Made by a program: the position numbers and the translations under genes
Notes under the pieces: model-generated
What the model saw: only the letters and a program-made list of their open reading frames with translations
What the model was told of the DNA's origin: nothing
Databases searched by the model: none
Shown here: positions 18,413 to 27,985 of the stretch, one piece after another
Layout of the letters: every line of letters begins with the position of its first letter
How positions within the stretch are numbered: position 1 is the first letter of the stretch
Source of the DNA: an uncultured Actinomycetes bacterium
GTDB taxonomy: Bacteria; Actinomycetota; Thermoleophilia; Gaiellales; JAICJC01
Direction of reading: 5' to 3'
Assembly (NCBI GenBank): GCA_963811675.1
Contig: CAWESH010000005.1
Span: 9,749 to 73,748 of the forward strand
DNA: 64,000 nucleotides

Positions 18413-19377
18413 TGCTCGAGTACAACCGCGAAGCGGCCCGCGAAGCCAGACGCCGCCGAATCAGGCGGGAGCGGATGATCGGCGCAGGCACGCTGATCGC
18501 GGTCGTTCTCGGTGCCGGGGTGATGCTGTGGCCACACGGCTCCCAGACCCGCACGACCGCGGTCGTACCCCAGCCCAAGCCAAAGCCGCCGGCTAAGCTC
18601 CCACGGGGCGGGCGGCAGATCCTGCCGGATTACCGGGTGGTCGCCTACGACGGCGCTCCCCAGACACCCGTGCTGGGGCCACTGGGAGTCGGCACGCGTG
18701 ATCAGGCCGCCGCCAAGCTGAATCAGCAGGCGGAGGCATACGACACGCCGAAACGGCCGGTGCTGCCCGCGATGGAGCTGATCGCGACCATCGCCCAGCG
18801 CGACGCCGGCCTCGACGGCAACTACAACGCCCGCCAAGAGGACGACGTGATCGCCGACTACCTGGCCGCCGCCCGCCGGGCCAAGATGCTGCTGATCCTC
18901 GACATCCAGCCCGGCCAGTCCAGCTTCATGACCGAGGTGCACCACTTCGGCAAGTGGCTACGGCAGCCCGACGTCGGCATCGCGATGGATCCCGAGTGGA
19001 GCATGCAGCCCGGAGAGGTGCCCGGCACCGTGATCGGCTCGACCAGCGCCACCGTCGTCAATCAGGTCGCCGACTACATGGCCGGCTTCGTGCGCACGTA
19101 CAAGCTGCCCCAGAAGCTCCTGATGGTGCACCAGTTCACGTCCGACATGATCAAGAACCGAGGCCAGATCCAGACGGTGCCGGGGATCGCCACCGCGGTC
19201 ACGGTCGACGGTTGGGGCGGCCGCGCCGCCAAGCTCTCGAAGTACCACCTGTTTGCCCGCACCAAGCCGGGTCGGTACAACGGCCTCAAGCTGTTCTACA
19301 CGCAGGACACCAACCTGATGAAGCCGCGAGAGGTGATGCATCTGCATCCCTCGCCCGACGTGATCGTCTACCAGTAG
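18412..19377 (+). CDS. membrane-anchored hypothetical protein (extracytoplasmic alpha/beta domain)
   Basis: The ATG at 18412 overlaps the upstream stop (TGATG). Arg-rich N-terminus, one TM (MIGAGTLIAVVLGAGVML), a Pro/Lys linker and a ~260-aa domain. No family recognised. Confidence 0.6.
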   Translation: MLEYNREAAREARRRRIRRERMIGAGTLIAVVLGAGVMLWPHGSQTRTTAVVPQPKPKPPAKLPRGGRQILPDYRVVAYDGAPQTPVLGPLGVGTRDQAAAKLNQQAEAYDTPKRPVLPAMELIATIAQRDAGLDGNYNARQEDDVIADYLAAARRAKMLLILDIQPGQSSFMTEVHHFGKWLRQPDVGIAMDPEWSMQPGEVPGTVIGSTSATVVNQVADYMAGFVRTYKLPQKLLMVHQFTSDMIKNRGQIQTVPGIATAVTVDGWGGRAAKLSKYHLFARTKPGRYNGLKLFYTQDTNLMKPREVMHLHPSPDVIVYQ

Positions 19378-19378
19378 C

Positions 19379-19657
19379 TCAGCCGGGGACGGCGCCCTCG
19401 CCGGCGAACGCTTCGCGCGCCTCTTCGAGCGTGGTACCGGGATGCGGAAGCACGTGATCCGACGTCACCAGCTCAGCGTCGCCGACTCGCTCGCCGGTGG
19501 TCGACACGAACTCGATCAAGGCATCGAAGCTCGACCGAAAGGCGGCGTCGTCGCCCGCCGCGGCCGCATTGGCGACCGCATTGTCGAGTTCGTTGAGAGG
19601 GCCGATCTGGTCATCGTCGAGCCGGAACTGACCGTGTTCGAGGATCCGGACGATCAC
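19379..19657 (-). CDS. PspA-associated protein PspAA-like
   Basis: MIVRILEHGQF..LNELDNAV..GDDAAF..SDHVLP..EGAVPG, 92 aa. The GTG start overlaps the pspA stop (GTGA). Confidence 0.7.
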   Translation of the reverse strand: MIVRILEHGQFRLDDDQIGPLNELDNAVANAAAAGDDAAFRSSFDALIEFVSTTGERVGDAELVTSDHVLPHPGTTLEEAREAFAGEGAVPG

Positions 19658-20442
19658 TGTTCCGTGCCTTCCTTGGCCGGTTCCGCCGCGGCCTCTGCCG
19701 GGCCGTCGCCGGCCTCCAGCTCCGCCGCCGGGCCGGAGCCCTGACCAAGCTCTGCCTTCATCTTGGCGAGCTCCGCGTCGACCTGGGTGTCGGCGGTGAG
19801 GGCGGCGATCTGGCGGTCGAGATCGGAGCCGGCGGGCGCGGTCAGATCGTCGATGGCGCCGGTGTCGACCAGCTCGTTGACCGCGGCAGCCCGAGCCTGC
19901 ATCTGCTCGGTCTTGTCCTGTGCGCGGCTCAGCGCCATGCCGACGTCGGACATCTCCTCGCTGAGGCCGGTGGTGGCTTCACCGATCCGCACCGAGGCCT
20001 CGGCGGCGGAGTACTGCGCCTTGACGACCTCCTTCTGGGTGCGGAACGACTCGACCTTGGTGGACAGTCGCTGTTCCTGCTCGATCAAGCTCTGCTGCTG
20101 GGCTTCCAGTGCTGCGATCTGCTGGTCGAGCCCCTGCAGCTGACCCTGGATCAGGGCCTTGCGCTCGAGCGCGGTGCGGGCGAGATCCTCACGATTGGCG
20201 CCCAGCGCCTGCTTGGCCTGGCCGTCGAGCTTGACCACGCTCTCCTCGAGCTTGGCCGTCTGCAGCTGCAGTCGCTTCTTGGCAGTGACCACGTCCGCGA
20301 CGCCACGCTTGACCTTCTGCAGGCTTTCCAGCTGCTTCTGGTAGCTGTAGTCGAGCGTCTCTCCAGGGTCCTCGGCCTTGTCGAGCGCCTTGTTGGCCTT
20401 GACCTTGAAAAGCGTGGTAAATCGGGACATCAATCCAGCCAT
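19654..20442 (-). CDS. pspA: PspA/IM30 family protein
   Basis: FTTLFKVKANKALDKAEDP..TLDYSYQKQ, a long coiled coil and an acidic Ala/Glu tail. The ATG at 20442 shares one base with the upstream stop (gag gag gat TGATG). Confidence 0.9.
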   Translation of the reverse strand: MAGLMSRFTTLFKVKANKALDKAEDPGETLDYSYQKQLESLQKVKRGVADVVTAKKRLQLQTAKLEESVVKLDGQAKQALGANREDLARTALERKALIQGQLQGLDQQIAALEAQQQSLIEQEQRLSTKVESFRTQKEVVKAQYSAAEASVRIGEATTGLSEEMSDVGMALSRAQDKTEQMQARAAAVNELVDTGAIDDLTAPAGSDLDRQIAALTADTQVDAELAKMKAELGQGSGPAAELEAGDGPAEAAAEPAKEGTEQ

Positions 20443-20768
20443 CAATCCTCCTCGGACCCACCTCGGTGTTCGGGCAATTCTAACGCGTCCAACTCCTGCA
20501 GGGCGGCGGCCGCCTCGGCCCGCAGGCGAGAGCGCTCGAGCCGGCTGTCCTCGGGAGTCAGCTTGCCGGACGCGATGTCCTGTTCGAGCTCCTGAAGGGC
20601 GACATAGGCCTCGTCGCGGCGCTCCGCGGCCGCCAGCCGCCGACGTTCGACCTCGCTCAGCGCCGGCTCGACCGGTTGCGACTCCGGCACCACGAACGGC
20701 CAGGCCACGAACACCAGCACCGCGATCACCAGTCCCGCGGCCGCAAGCGCGGCCACCGCAGTGCTCAC
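20442..20768 (-). CDS. small single-TM protein resembling the N-terminal module of CcmI/CycH
   Basis: A TM helix (LAAAGLVIAVLVFVAW) followed by ERRDEAYVALQELEQDIASGKLTPED, as in CcmI N-termini. The GTG start overlaps the ccmF stop (GTGA). Confidence 0.5.
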   Translation of the reverse strand: MSTAVAALAAAGLVIAVLVFVAWPFVVPESQPVEPALSEVERRRLAAAERRDEAYVALQELEQDIASGKLTPEDSRLERSRLRAEAAAALQELDALELPEHRGGSEED

Positions 20769-22777
20769 GCGCGGCGAGCCGCTTCGGGCCCGACCGCCCG
20801 AGCGTACCGACGGGCGAGCATCCGCGCCTCGCGCGGATCGGGCCAGATCGTGATCGCCGCGCCCAGCAGGAACACCACTCCCGCCAGCCAGATCAGGCCG
20901 ACCATGGGGTTCACCAGCACCTTGACCTGGACGTCGCGACCCTGGATGCCCTGGAGGATCGCGTAGACGTCGGTGAGCGACGGATACACGGTGCGGATGT
21001 CAGCTTCGGCCGACTGGCGCTGATCGGCGTCGGTGAACTGGCGAATACCCGGCGAGATCGAGCCCGCCGGCTGGCCGTGATCGGTCACGTTCAAGCGCAC
21101 GCGCGCGGTGATCGAGTTCTGCTCGCGGGTCTGGAAGATACCGGCGTTGGTGAGCGTGTAGCCGTCCACCGACACCGACTGGCCGGGCTTGAGCAGTGCC
21201 TGGGTGGAGCTTCCGTACTCACCCGAGGCAACGACGCCGACCACCAGCAACACCACCGCCAGGTGCACCACATAGCCGCCGTACCGACGTCGGTTGCGGC
21301 CGATCAGCCCGATCAACGCGCGCGGATAGGAATCGCCGGAGAGCGCGCGCCGGGCCACGGTCCCGCGCGCGAACTCGAGCCCGATGCAGACCACCACGAA
21401 CACGCACAGCGAGAGCGCCGTGAGCCCCGCCGTACTCGACGCGAGGCCGAAGAACGACAGCACCACGGTGGCGGCCAGGGCGGAGACGATCGGCCAGCGA
21501 AAGGTGCGTATCAAGCTGCGCGGAGAGGCCCGCCGCCACGCGATCATCGGGCCGATCCCGATCAACAACAGCAGCGGCAGCCCGAACAGCACCAGAAAGA
21601 AGTTGTAGTAGGGGCTCGACACGGTCGACTGCACCCCCCGGGCGGCGTCACTCAGGATCGGGAAGATCACGCCCCAGATGACCGCGAACACCAGCGCCAG
21701 CAGCAGCAGATTGTTGAACAGGAAGGTGGCCTCCCGCGAGATCACCGACTCGAGCTTGTGGTCGGCGCGAAGCAGCGGCAGCCGCCACACGATCATCGAC
21801 GCGGCGAACACGAGCACCACTGCGATGAACCCGAGCAGAAACGGGCCGACCGACGACTGCACGAACGAATGAATCGAGTTGACGATGCCGCTGCGGGTCA
21901 GAAACGTCCCGAACAGGGCGAGGGCGAAGGTGGCCGACACCAGCGCCATGTTCCACACCTTGAGCATGCCCTTCTTCTCCTGCACCATCACCGAGTGCAG
22001 GAACGCGGTGGCCGCGAGCCACGGCATCAGCGCGGCGTTCTCGACCGGGTCCCACGCCCAGTAGCCACCCCACCCGATCTCGACGTACGCCCAATGGGCG
22101 CCCAGCAGCATGCCGATGCCCAGCGCCGTCCATGAGATCAGCGTCCAACGGCGCACGGACAGCAGCCAGCGAGCATCGGTACGGCCCGGTGACCAGCGCC
22201 GCCATCGCGAAGGCAAACGGCATCGCACACGACACGTAGCCGAGATAGAGCATCGGCGGGTGGATCGCCATGTAGGGGTTCTGCAGCGACGGATCGAGGC
22301 CCAAGGCCGGCCGTGGGCGTCGCGCCGGAGACCTTCTCGAACGGCGACGACACGAACGCCGTCATGCTGGCGAAGAACACCATCACCCCGCCGATCACCG
22401 CGGTCACCCACGGCATCAGCTCTCGGTTTCGATTGCGATTCTGGTAGGTCACCAGCGCCCCGCAGGCGGTCAGCACCGTCAGCCACAGAAGCAGCGACCC
22501 GGGCTGGCTGGCCCACAGCGACGTGATCGTGTACACCAGCGGCAAGCCGCGGCTGGTGTGGTCGACCACCTGCACCAGCGAGAAGTCGTGGGTCAGCAGC
22601 GCGTACTCGAGCGCAGCCACAGCCACCACCGCGCACGCGAGTGCGGCCACCAGCGCGTTACCGGCACTGCGGGCGAGCCGGCGGTCGTGGCGAAGGCCCG
22701 CCAAGCACCCCGGCGACGGTCGTGTAGATCGCCAGCGCAACCAGCACGTACAGGGCGACAGAACCGAGGGTGGTCAC
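20765..22777 (-). pseudogene. ccmF: cytochrome c heme lyase subunit CcmF, three frame breaks
   Basis: The GTG at 22777 (GGAGG upstream) opens VTTLGSVALYVLVALAIYTTVAG. Reading passes to the ORF 22138..22740 frame, then to the ORF 21648..22304 frame ([22 protein letters not shown]). It ends in the ORF 20765..22636 frame ([18 protein letters not shown]..). Each step is +1, with joins near 22690, 22310 and 22190. Length is 2013 nt (3n), so the three shifts cancel. Confidence 0.85.
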
Positions 22778-22928
22778 CGGCCTCCGGCGTCCGGGAGGGC
22801 GAGGGACATGGCCTGAACGGTACCGGCTTTGGACCGGCTGCTGCGCCGCGAGTTGGGCGGTCGAACGTCGCTTCTATTGCATCTTTCGTGTACGTTTCTT
22901 TTGGGGTTATTCCGGGCAAGGGGGAGAG

Positions 22929-24022
22929 ATGCGACGTTACGCTCCGCTCGCGCTGATTCTGGTAGCGAGCTTTACATTTTCTGTTGTTAGGGCTTCTGGC
23001 GCGGTTTCGGCGAACTCACAGCAGTTCGGTGGGACCAACGGACGGGTGAACTCGATCGTCAAGAGTCGGAAACGTGGTCTACGTCGGCGGCAAGTTCACG
23101 CAGGTGCGCGACAACAACGGCGATACCTTCCCGCGGAACAACCTGGCGGCGTTCAATCTCAGCGGTGGCAGCGTGACCGCCTGGAACCCCAACGCCAACG
23201 GTGAGGTGCGCGCCTTGACCTCGAACGGCAAGCGGATCTTCGCCGGCGGAGCCTTCACCACGATTCGCGGTCAGGGAGCCAAGCGGATTGCCGCGATCTC
23301 GTTCGCCGGCGGTCGCCTGTGGGGCGGAGGTGCGGGTAACGTGGTGCGCGCCATCCGTCTCGACAAGACGCGTCTGATCATCGGCGGCACGTTCAGAACG
23401 GTGCAGGGCAAGCGCCGCCACCGGGCGGCCGCGCTCAGCCCCAAGACCGGAGCCCTGCTGAAGTGGAGCCCCAACGTCAACCGCGCGGTTGACGCGATCG
23501 CGGTGTCCGCCAACCGCATCTACCTCGGCGGCGAGTTCACCGCAGTCAACGGCAAGACCGAGCGTCACATCGTCGCGCTCAATCGCGATCACAGGCACCC
23601 GGATTGCATTCCCTGACGTCACGTTCCCGGTGCTCTCGCTGGCGCTCTCGGGCAGGCTGTACGTCGGTGGCAGCGGTGCCGGCGGCTGGCTGACCGCATT
23701 CACGACCGCCGGCCACAAGGTGTGGCAGGTACGCACCGACGGCGGCTTCGCTGCGATCGCTGTGACGGCCCATCAGATCATCGCCGGAGGCCACTTCAAC
23801 AACGTCTGCTCGAAGGTCATCGGCTGCGGGACCAAGATCGTGCGGCACAAGATGTTCGCCGTCGGGCCCGGTGGCGCGCTGCAGCCGTTCGCGCCGACTG
23901 TCAACTCGGTGCTCGGAGTGTTCGCCTTGCGCGCGTCCAAGGGCAATCTCTGGGTCGGCGGCGACTTCACGGTGATCAACGGTGCAGCGCGCGAACACCT
24001 CGCCCGCTTCACGTACAGCTGA
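22929..24022 (+). pseudogene. secreted delta-60 / DUF5122-type beta-propeller repeat protein, two frame breaks
   Basis: Signal peptide MRRYAPLALILVASFTFSVVRASG with GGGGAG before the ATG. Repeats of the form VYVGGxFTxV..R..LAAF....G.....W.P..NG.V.AL. Reading passes through ORFs 22770.., 23074.. and 23489.., with joins near 23065 and 23585, both +1. Length is 3n+2. Confidence 0.65.
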
Positions 24023-24062
24023 CCGTGCGGGGCATCTGATCGCAGGGTCAACCCGACAGATT

Positions 24063-25193
24063 ATGAAACAGCATAGAATGCTCCGCGTGCCTCGCGTTCT
24101 CCAAGAATTGGGATCGCCCTGATCGGGATCGCTCTGCTGGCAACGAGTTCTGCCATGGCGGCAGTCGGCAGCACGCCGCCGTCGACCTGGCAGACCAACG
24201 GCCGGGTCGCGGCCATCGCGACAGTGAACGGCGTCACCTACGTCGGCGGCACGTTCACCAGGGTCACCGACCACTCCGGGCACTCCCTGACCGTGTCGAA
24301 TCTGGCCGCATTCAACGCGGCCGGCGACGCCATCTCGACCTTCCATCCGGTCGTCGGCGGTCAGGTCAAGGCCGTGGTCGCCACCAGCTCGATGGTGATC
24401 GCGGGCGGCGGCTTCACGACGGTCGGCGGGAAGACCCGGCTCCGGATCGCCGCGTTCTCCCGCGCCGGCGCTCTGCTGTCCTACCCCGCCCACACCAACG
24501 GCGAGGTGAGCGCACTCGCGATCGGCGACAACCGCCTGTACGTCGGCGGCACGTTCACCCAGGCCAACGGCCACCCGCGCTCGAACGCGGCCGCCTTCGT
24601 CCTCGAGGACCGGCGCCGTGTCTCGCTGGCGGGCAGACACCGATGGCCGGGTCACCGCGATGTTGACGCAGCCGAGGCGGATCATGCTGGGTGGGTTCTT
24701 CACGACGGTCCGCGGCGAGCGCTCGCGCCGCCTGGCCGCGGTCACTCCGGTGACCGGAGCCAAGCTGCCCTGGCGTGGCCATCCCAGCGGTCAGGTGCTG
24801 TCGCTGGCCCAGCAGGGTCGCCAGATCTATGCCGGCGTGTCCGGCTTGGGCGGAGCGATCAACCACTTCTCCGCGGTTGGGAACCGCGTGTGGGTGCGGC
24901 AGGTCAACGGCAACGTCAAGTCGATCACGGTGATCGGCAACCAGGTGTACGTCGGCGGCCACTTCAGCGGCATCTGCGTGCGCCGCCCGCACTGCCCCGC
25001 TCTGGTCACGCGCCGCCATCTGCTGTCGCTGAAGACCTCGAACGGCGATCTGACCGCGTGGAATCCCGAAGCCAATAGCGACCTGGGCGTGTACGTCCTG
25101 GCCCGAGCGCCCGCCTGGCTCTCGGTCGGAGGCGACTTCACGGTGATCGGCGGCGTCAGCCAGGCGCACTACGGCCGGTTCCCGATCAGCTGA
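24063..25193 (+). pseudogene. second delta-60 / DUF5122-type beta-propeller paralogue, frame-broken
   Basis: MKQHRMLRVPRVLQE then, after a shift, IGIALIGIALLATSSAMA (signal peptide; break near 24110). Repeats continue in ORF 24155.. and then ORF 24618.. (break near 24600). Same repeat architecture as the upstream gene. Confidence 0.65.
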
Positions 25194-25602
25194 TCAGGCG
25201 TTCCAGGTTGCGTCCTTGGACGCCGAGTACTTGCTCGGGCACTTGGTCAGAAGCGAGTCCGGCTTGCCCTGAAACACCCCGGTCGAGCTGAGCCTGCCGG
25301 TGACGATCACGCTGCGCCCCACGCGAAACGCATCCGGGACCGAGCCGGTGTAGGCCACGGTGACGGTTCGCGGCGAGCTGAAGTCGCGCAGCACGAACCT
25401 GCACCGGACTCTGATCGCCGGTCGCGGAGACGACCTTGCCGGTGAGCTGCACCGTCTTTTGCTGGGCTCCGTCCTTGTCGGCCATCAGCTGATTGACGCT
25501 CACCAGCAGCTGTCCCGCGCCCGCGAACACGAAGTACCCCATGAACGCGACCAGCATCATCGAGACGACGAGAGCTATCACCAGGCGAGGACGAGCGTTC
25601 AT
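25194..25602 (-). pseudogene. ccmE: heme chaperone CcmE, CXXXY variant, one frame break
   Basis: MNARPRLVIALVVSMMLVAFMGYFVF..TVQLTGKVV.. in ORF 25186..25758. Then RFVLRDFSS..VTVAYTGSVPDAFRVGRSVIVTGRL..LLTKCPSKY in ORF 25194..25394, with a +1 join near 25400. The heme-binding position reads C-P-S-K-Y instead of H-D-E-N-Y. Length is 409 nt (3n+1). Confidence 0.8.
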
Positions 25603-25630
25603 GACGGCCAGACTAGCGCGCTCGCGCGGT

Positions 25631-25888
25631 TCAGGCAGTCGGATCTGGCACAGCGAACCCGAGATCGAGGCAGAGCTGACCACGCTGGGTCTCGCGCAGC
25701 GCGTCGGTGTAGCCCTGGCCGTAGGCCGCCCGCAGGAACCAGCCCAGCAGCTCGGCATCCAGGCGATCGGGGTCGACCTCGAACACCTCGGCCCACAGAT
25801 CGGCCAGCCGCAGGTCGATCGTCATCGCAAGATTGTCGCGTTCGGACTCCATACTCGAATCGTACGAACGCGGTCGGACGTCAATCAT
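25631..25888 (-). CDS. small hypothetical protein
   Basis: 85-aa ORF directly upstream of ccmE on the same strand, acidic and helical-looking. An internal Met at 25852 is an alternative start. No family recognised. Confidence 0.4.
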   Translation of the reverse strand: MIDVRPRSYDSSMESERDNLAMTIDLRLADLWAEVFEVDPDRLDAELLGWFLRAAYGQGYTDALRETQRGQLCLDLGFAVPDPTA

Positions 25889-25901
25889 CTACGCTCCAGG
25901 G

Positions 25902-26097
25902 ATGCCCGACAACCGCCCAGCAGAACGACTGGCTCGAGTGGGAACGCGAGGTGAATGCAGCGATCGCGGCGCTGCGCGCCGACGGCGGCCACCCGCGGGT
26001 CGTGCAGCTGCTCGAGCACCAGGTGACGGTGGCGCTGCACAACGCCTACTGCGAACAGCCGATCGCGTTTCCCCGCTCCGGCGTGCCGCTCGGCTGA
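25902..26097 (+). pseudogene. small hypothetical ORF whose only start codon is out of frame
   Basis: The coding-looking reading ..QQNDWLEWEREVNAAIAALRADGGHPRVVQLLEHQV..* has no in-frame start. The ATG at 25902 (MPDNR) is one frame away, and the join lies in cgccc near 25915. Confidence 0.25.
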
Positions 26098-26136
26098 CGG
26101 TCGCTGAACCAGCCGAGTGCGAGCGCGGTCTAACCG

Positions 26137-26910
26137 ATGTCCGTAACCCGCTCGCAGGAGGTTGGAGATGTCGGTGTCCGTTCAACGGTTGGTCGTCTGG
26201 CCGCCGCGCTGGTGCTCGCCGTGTTCGCGTACAACACTCTGGCCGGGCCACACCCGCGGGCGGTGGCGGCCACGTCGCCCAAGCCCGACATGCCGAGCTT
26301 CCTGCGCTTCGACGGCGAGGGCGGCGTCGCCATCCGCCCCGACCGCGCCACCATCCACTTCACCACCAGTGGCGAGGCGAGCACACTGGTGGACGCCACC
26401 AACCAGGCCAGCAAGACCATGCGCGCAGTGATCTCCGCCATGCACGCCGGCGGGGTCGCGCGCATCAACATGGTCACCGACGGGGCCAACGGGTACCAGA
26501 CCTCGACGGGCTACCACGCCGACCAGAACCTGACCGTGACCGTGATGAAGGTGGGAACGACCGGCAAGCTGACCGCCGCCGGCCTCGACGCCGGGGCCAC
26601 CGCCAACTACGGCCCTGACTTCTCGTCCGGGGCGAAGCACGCCGGCCAGTCCCGGGCGATCCGATCGGCGGTCGCCGACGCCCGCTCCAAGGCGGACGCC
26701 GCCGCCGCGGCCGCCGGCCTCCACGTCACCGGCGTGATCTCGGTGTCGGAAGCGCATGTCGCATACGGCTACCCGACATACATGGGTGACACCGCCGCCA
26801 AGGCCGCCGCACCGGGAGCACTCGAGGTGCCGATCCGGCGCGGCTCACAGCGGGTAACCGCAAACGTGACGGTGGTGTTCGCCTATGCCACCGGCACAGC
26901 TACCGGGTAG
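26137..26910 (+). CDS. SIMPL (DUF541) domain secreted protein
   Basis: N-terminal hydrophobic segment LAAALVLAVFAY. The ~230-aa body, ending ..RVTANVTVVFAY, fits my recollection of SIMPL/DUF541 proteins. Uninterrupted. Confidence 0.55.
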   Translation: MSVTRSQEVGDVGVRSTVGRLAAALVLAVFAYNTLAGPHPRAVAATSPKPDMPSFLRFDGEGGVAIRPDRATIHFTTSGEASTLVDATNQASKTMRAVISAMHAGGVARINMVTDGANGYQTSTGYHADQNLTVTVMKVGTTGKLTAAGLDAGATANYGPDFSSGAKHAGQSRAIRSAVADARSKADAAAAAAGLHVTGVISVSEAHVAYGYPTYMGDTAAKAAAPGALEVPIRRGSQRVTANVTVVFAYATGTATG

Positions 26911-26919
26911 CCCGTGAGG

Positions 26920-27324
26920 TCAGTCGTCGGCCTTCTCGAGCTCGAGCGCGGCCGAGTTGATGCAGTACCGCAACCCGCCGGCCTCACGCGGCCCATCCTC
27001 GAAGACGTGGCCGAGGTGGCCACCGCAGTTGGAGCAGATGACCTCGGTGCGCCGCATGAAGAAGCTGCGGTCGTCGTGGGTCTCCACGCCGTCGGCGGAC
27101 ACCGGCTGGGTGAAGCTCGGCCAGCCCGTGCCCGAATCAAACTTGTCGTCTGACCGAAACAGCTCTGCGTGGCAGGCGGCGCAGCGGTACACGCCGTCGT
27201 CGTGACAGTCGTAGTAGGTGCCGGTGAAGGCCGGCTCGGTGCCCTTCTCGCGCAGCACCTGGTACTGCGCCGGGGTCAGCTCGGCTCGCCACTGCTCTTC
27301 GGTCTTGGTGATCTTGCTCGCCAT
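26920..27324 (-). CDS. msrB: peptide-methionine (R)-S-oxide reductase
   Basis: Two CxxC pairs (CAAC, CSNC), GTGWPSF, GHLGHVF and RYCINS. Confidence 0.9.
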   Translation of the reverse strand: MASKITKTEEQWRAELTPAQYQVLREKGTEPAFTGTYYDCHDDGVYRCAACHAELFRSDDKFDSGTGWPSFTQPVSADGVETHDDRSFFMRRTEVICSNCGGHLGHVFEDGPREAGGLRYCINSAALELEKADD

Positions 27325-27437
27325 ACGTTGGCTCCCATTTCTGGTCGAAGGTTCCCTGAAGAATACGCTCGATGTGGTCCCGGTATGGCGCGGATTGTTA
27401 CACCCCCGGGCGGGCGCCGGTCTGCGAGCATGCGTGT

Positions 27438-27932
27438 ATGACCAGCGCCGTCAGCATCGAGATCGCCGGGCCCGAGCGGATCCCCGACGTCGAGCCGCTC
27501 TACCGTGAACTTCACCGCCACCACCGTGAGGTGGCGACCTCACGGCTGGTTGAGGATGAGGATCTGTCGTGGTCGAGACGGGCGGCCTGGTACCGCGAGA
27601 TACTCACCGGTGGTGACGGGTTCATGGTGCTCGCACGCCGCGACCAAACGCCGGTGGGATACGCGGTGGTCGAGATCCACACCGGCCCTGACGACACCTG
27701 GCCGGTGGGAGACACCTACGCCGAGGTACAGTCACTGGCGGTCTCCCCCGGCGAACGCGGCTCTGGGTTGGGCAGCCGGCTGATGGACACCGTCGATGCC
27801 GAGCTGATCCACCGAGGTGTGCACGACCTCGCCGTCGGGGTGCTGGCCGGAAACGAGGACGCCATCCGCTTTTACGAGCGCCGCGGCCTCCGCCCCGGCG
27901 AGCTGCAGATGTGGAGGTTCGGTGACAAATGA
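27438..27932 (+). CDS. GNAT family N-acetyltransferase
   Basis: LAVSPGERGSGLGSRLM acetyl-CoA motif and ..AIRFYERRGL. Start taken at MTSAV (27438). Confidence 0.8.
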   Translation: MTSAVSIEIAGPERIPDVEPLYRELHRHHREVATSRLVEDEDLSWSRRAAWYREILTGGDGFMVLARRDQTPVGYAVVEIHTGPDDTWPVGDTYAEVQSLAVSPGERGSGLGSRLMDTVDAELIHRGVHDLAVGVLAGNEDAIRFYERRGLRPGELQMWRFGDK

Positions 27933-27937
27933 CTCGC

Positions 27938-27970
27938 GTGAATAATAGGTGCCTGGCACCAATTATTCAG
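27938..27970. repeat. palindrome family copy 2 (imperfect)
   Basis: gtgaataataggtgcc-t-ggcaccaattattcag has the same GGTGCC-T-GGCACC core and TGAATAA/TTATTCA ends. There is one internal A.A mismatch and one terminal mismatch. It starts 6 nt after the GNAT stop. Confidence 0.85.
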
Positions 27971-27985
27971 GATGGGGCTGCGATC

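Noticed and set aside
20378-22135. 585-aa plus-strand ORF
   Set aside because: It is antisense to ccmF and the CcmI-like gene. It has an extreme Arg/Pro/His composition and no motifs.
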